NCBI GenBank assembly: GCA_037128175.1
Contig: JBAXWY010000011.1
Location: 1-64,000 of the forward strand
Direction of reading: 5' to 3'
DNA length: 64,000 bases
From: Methanothrix sp.
Lineage (GTDB): Archaea > Halobacteriota > Methanosarcinia > Methanotrichales > Methanotrichaceae
Shown piece after piece: positions 61,741 to 64,000 of the stretch. Every line of letters starts with the position of its first letter. The stretch's first letter is position 1. The notes beneath the pieces were generated by a model that ran no database searches, was not told the DNA's origin, and saw only the letters and a list, made by a program, of their open reading frames with translations. Made by a program: the position numbers and the translations under genes.

Positions 61741-62910
61741 TTAAGAGGCAAATCTGCTGGCGGTGGCATTTCCTTTGCCGATCAGTTCTTCGCCTGAGTA
61801 CATTTCATAGCTTCCAGAGATGACTCTGTCTACCTTGACCAGATCGAGCTCGATTCGCTTGTCTATCTTGTTACCGAATTTTGCAACTACTGTCTGTACA
61901 TCGAGACTCATGCTATTCTTGGAAACAGAACCTTTGACGAGGACCTGAAGCTTGGTGTTCTGCTCATTGAGAGTCCCCATGCCCATGATGCTCTCTCCGG
62001 TCTGAATGATGCGCAGGGGGTTCAGGGTAGCGCCATCGTTCTCCATTTTTACCGTCCACTTGCCATCCACTTCCATAAACTCGGGCTCCACAGGCTCGAC
62101 CTGTACCGGCATAGTCGTGGCTGTTTCTACTATCGCCTGTGTGGCGGCCTGAGGTAGAAGCGTAGGTTTTGTTTCGGGCATCTTCATATTGGGCCCGCTG
62201 ACGGTTGGGTTTATGCGCGACCTCTCGTCGGGCGCAAGTCTCGGCCTGTCCAAAATAGGGTCGGAAGTTTTTGATTCCGGATGACCATTCACCGCGGAAG
62301 ATGCTACACTGGAAACGGAGGTTGATGAAGCATTGGACGATGTAACAGCGGCAACTGCTGGTGATGCAATAACGTAGCTTTGCACTTTGCTGTCCTCAAT
62401 TCCAGCCGATCCGGCACGCATTACCTGCACTTCAATCTGGTTTTCTCCTGCATCTTTGTCTGTAGTATTCCAGGTCCAGAAGCTTTCGGCTATCCAGCCC
62501 GTCTCATCTGTTAGCTGTCCAATGGTCGCAGGTCCCATAAGCCGAAAATTGTAGAGCATCTTTTCATTACCAGGATTGGACGCCACAACCTTCCAGACTA
62601 TGACAGATCCCGGGCTTTGGGGACTGGGCTTGTCCGGATTTATGCTCTGGATCGTGGCATTTTTGTTCGCCTTGGCAACATCTCCTAGAGCCACAACGGC
62701 CTTTGCCGGACTGGATTGTGTCATCGACGATACGCTGGAACCACCTTGGTTTTGGTTCTTGCTTACATAAAAGTCAGTATCCCCAGAGGTGTCACCCAGT
62801 GGGTTTGTGCCGCATCCCACCCCTGCAAATGCCGTATTGCTGAGCAAAAAGGGCATTGTCATCAGGCAAATGAGCACAGCTATGGAAAGAGACAATCTTT
62901 TGCACTTCAT
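61741..62910 (-). CDS. Secreted hypothetical protein, paralog with an extra Ig-like domain and Ser/Thr/Pro linker
   Basis: GVGCG, GKWTV..IIQTG..GNATASR. Confidence 0.65.
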   Translation of the reverse strand: MKCKRLSLSIAVLICLMTMPFLLSNTAFAGVGCGTNPLGDTSGDTDFYVSKNQNQGGSSVSSMTQSSPAKAVVALGDVAKANKNATIQSINPDKPSPQSPGSVIVWKVVASNPGNEKMLYNFRLMGPATIGQLTDETGWIAESFWTWNTTDKDAGENQIEVQVMRAGSAGIEDSKVQSYVIASPAVAAVTSSNASSTSVSSVASSAVNGHPESKTSDPILDRPRLAPDERSRINPTVSGPNMKMPETKPTLLPQAATQAIVETATTMPVQVEPVEPEFMEVDGKWTVKMENDGATLNPLRIIQTGESIMGMGTLNEQNTKLQVLVKGSVSKNSMSLDVQTVVAKFGNKIDKRIELDLVKVDRVISGSYEMYSGEELIGKGNATASRFAS

Positions 62911-63083
62911 CTATCCTAAACCTCCACCATTCTCAGAGTGGATCTGATTGCAACGGTTTAAAGCTTCCCCTTGGAACGTCATTCAACGAAATATCTTCTC
63001 ATGCCTGTCCCTCGTTAGCTTTATCAATCATTAAAGACCTCAGCATTAGAACGGCCTGAGAGGCCGAGGGTGATTGAGCATGA

Positions 63084-64000
63084 ATGCGTGGGATCGATTT
63101 ATTTGGTAAAATACGTTTTCTAGACACTACATTACGTGACGGTGAACAGACGCCAGGTGTATCACTCGGCATGGACGAGAAGCTCGCCATCGCCCAGGGG
63201 CTTGATTCTCTGGGTGTGGATGTGATTGAAGCTGGCTCTGCCATGACCTCAGAGGGAGAACGCCTATCGATAAAAGCAGTTGCTGGTTTTGGCCTTAAAG
63301 CGGAGATATGCAGCTACGTTCGAGCTTTGACCGCCGATATTGATACGGCATTAGCATGCGATGTAGATTCCGTCCATCTTGTGGTACCGGTATCGGATCT
63401 TCATATAGAGTGCAAGCTCAAATCCGACCGAAAATCGGTGATAAATAAGGCTGTGCAGGTGACAGAGTATGCTAAAGACCACGGCCTCATTGTGGAGCTC
63501 TCTGGGGAGGACGCCAGCCGCGCCGATCAGGATTACCTGGTCAGCCTTTACATGGCAGGAATTGAGGCAGGAGCCGATAGACTGGCTTTTTGTGATACAG
63601 TAGGCGTGCTGGTTCCCGAGGTGACGGGGGATATATTTTCCCGGTTATCTCAATTAGGCGTGCCGGTCAGCGTCCACTGCCACAACGACTTCGGCATGGC
63701 TACCGCCAACACCATTGCGGCTCTTCGTGCCGGAGCTGCCCAGGCGCACGTGACAGTGAACGGCATAGGCGAGCGAGCCGGCAATGCCAGCCTGGAAGAA
63801 GTGGTCATGACCCTGGAATCTCTTTACAAAATCAACACCGGGATCAAATGCCAGGATATATACCAGCTCTCCCGCCTGGTCTCGCGAATGACCGGCCTTC
63901 CTATGGCCCCCAACAAATCAATTGTGGGGGAGAATGCCTTTACCCATGAGGCGGGCATTCATGTGCACGGGCTCTTGGCTGATACAAGGACCTACGAGCC
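63084..64000 (+). CDS. cimA: (R)-citramalate synthase (runs off the window end)
   Basis: [59 protein letters not shown]. Confidence 0.8.
   Translation, partial: MRGIDLFGKIRFLDTTLRDGEQTPGVSLGMDEKLAIAQGLDSLGVDVIEAGSAMTSEGERLSIKAVAGFGLKAEICSYVRALTADIDTALACDVDSVHLVVPVSDLHIECKLKSDRKSVINKAVQVTEYAKDHGLIVELSGEDASRADQDYLVSLYMAGIEAGADRLAFCDTVGVLVPEVTGDIFSRLSQLGVPVSVHCHNDFGMATANTIAALRAGAAQAHVTVNGIGERAGNASLEEVVMTLESLYKINTGIKCQDIYQLSRLVSRMTGLPMAPNKSIVGENAFTHEAGIHVHGLLADTRTYE

Overview
Chromosomal window from a methanogenic archaeon. Gene content and style suggest Methanosarcinales, probably Methanothrix-like; this is inference. Housekeeping and methanogenesis blocks include larE, an amidohydrolase, ADH synthase, tupABC-tfx, mmp14, radA-rpa, metG, a photolyase, the atwA-mmp3-6-5-15-17-7 cluster, rlmH and cimA. 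Five accessory features stand out. (i) A ~9.2-kb island with no integrase, bounded by a 17-bp direct repeat of the 3' end of an intron-containing tRNA-Ser(TGA). It carries a Schlafen/AlbA_2 protein and a DUF6361-like/PLD/SF2-helicase defence-type operon, and the helicase start codon reads ACG. (ii) Three paralogous secreted proteins with a conserved body and variable C-terminal tails, two of them 8-Cys defensin-like peptides, upstream of an MFS exporter. (iii) A bacterial-type tgt plus yhhQ pair suggesting queuine/preQ salvage in an archaeon. (iv) A modular family of secreted DxNxNG-repeat proteins. (v) Type III R-M/dinD debris whose duplicated res 5' ends flank a 7-PAS hybrid kinase. All family calls come from motif recognition by eye, without database searches.
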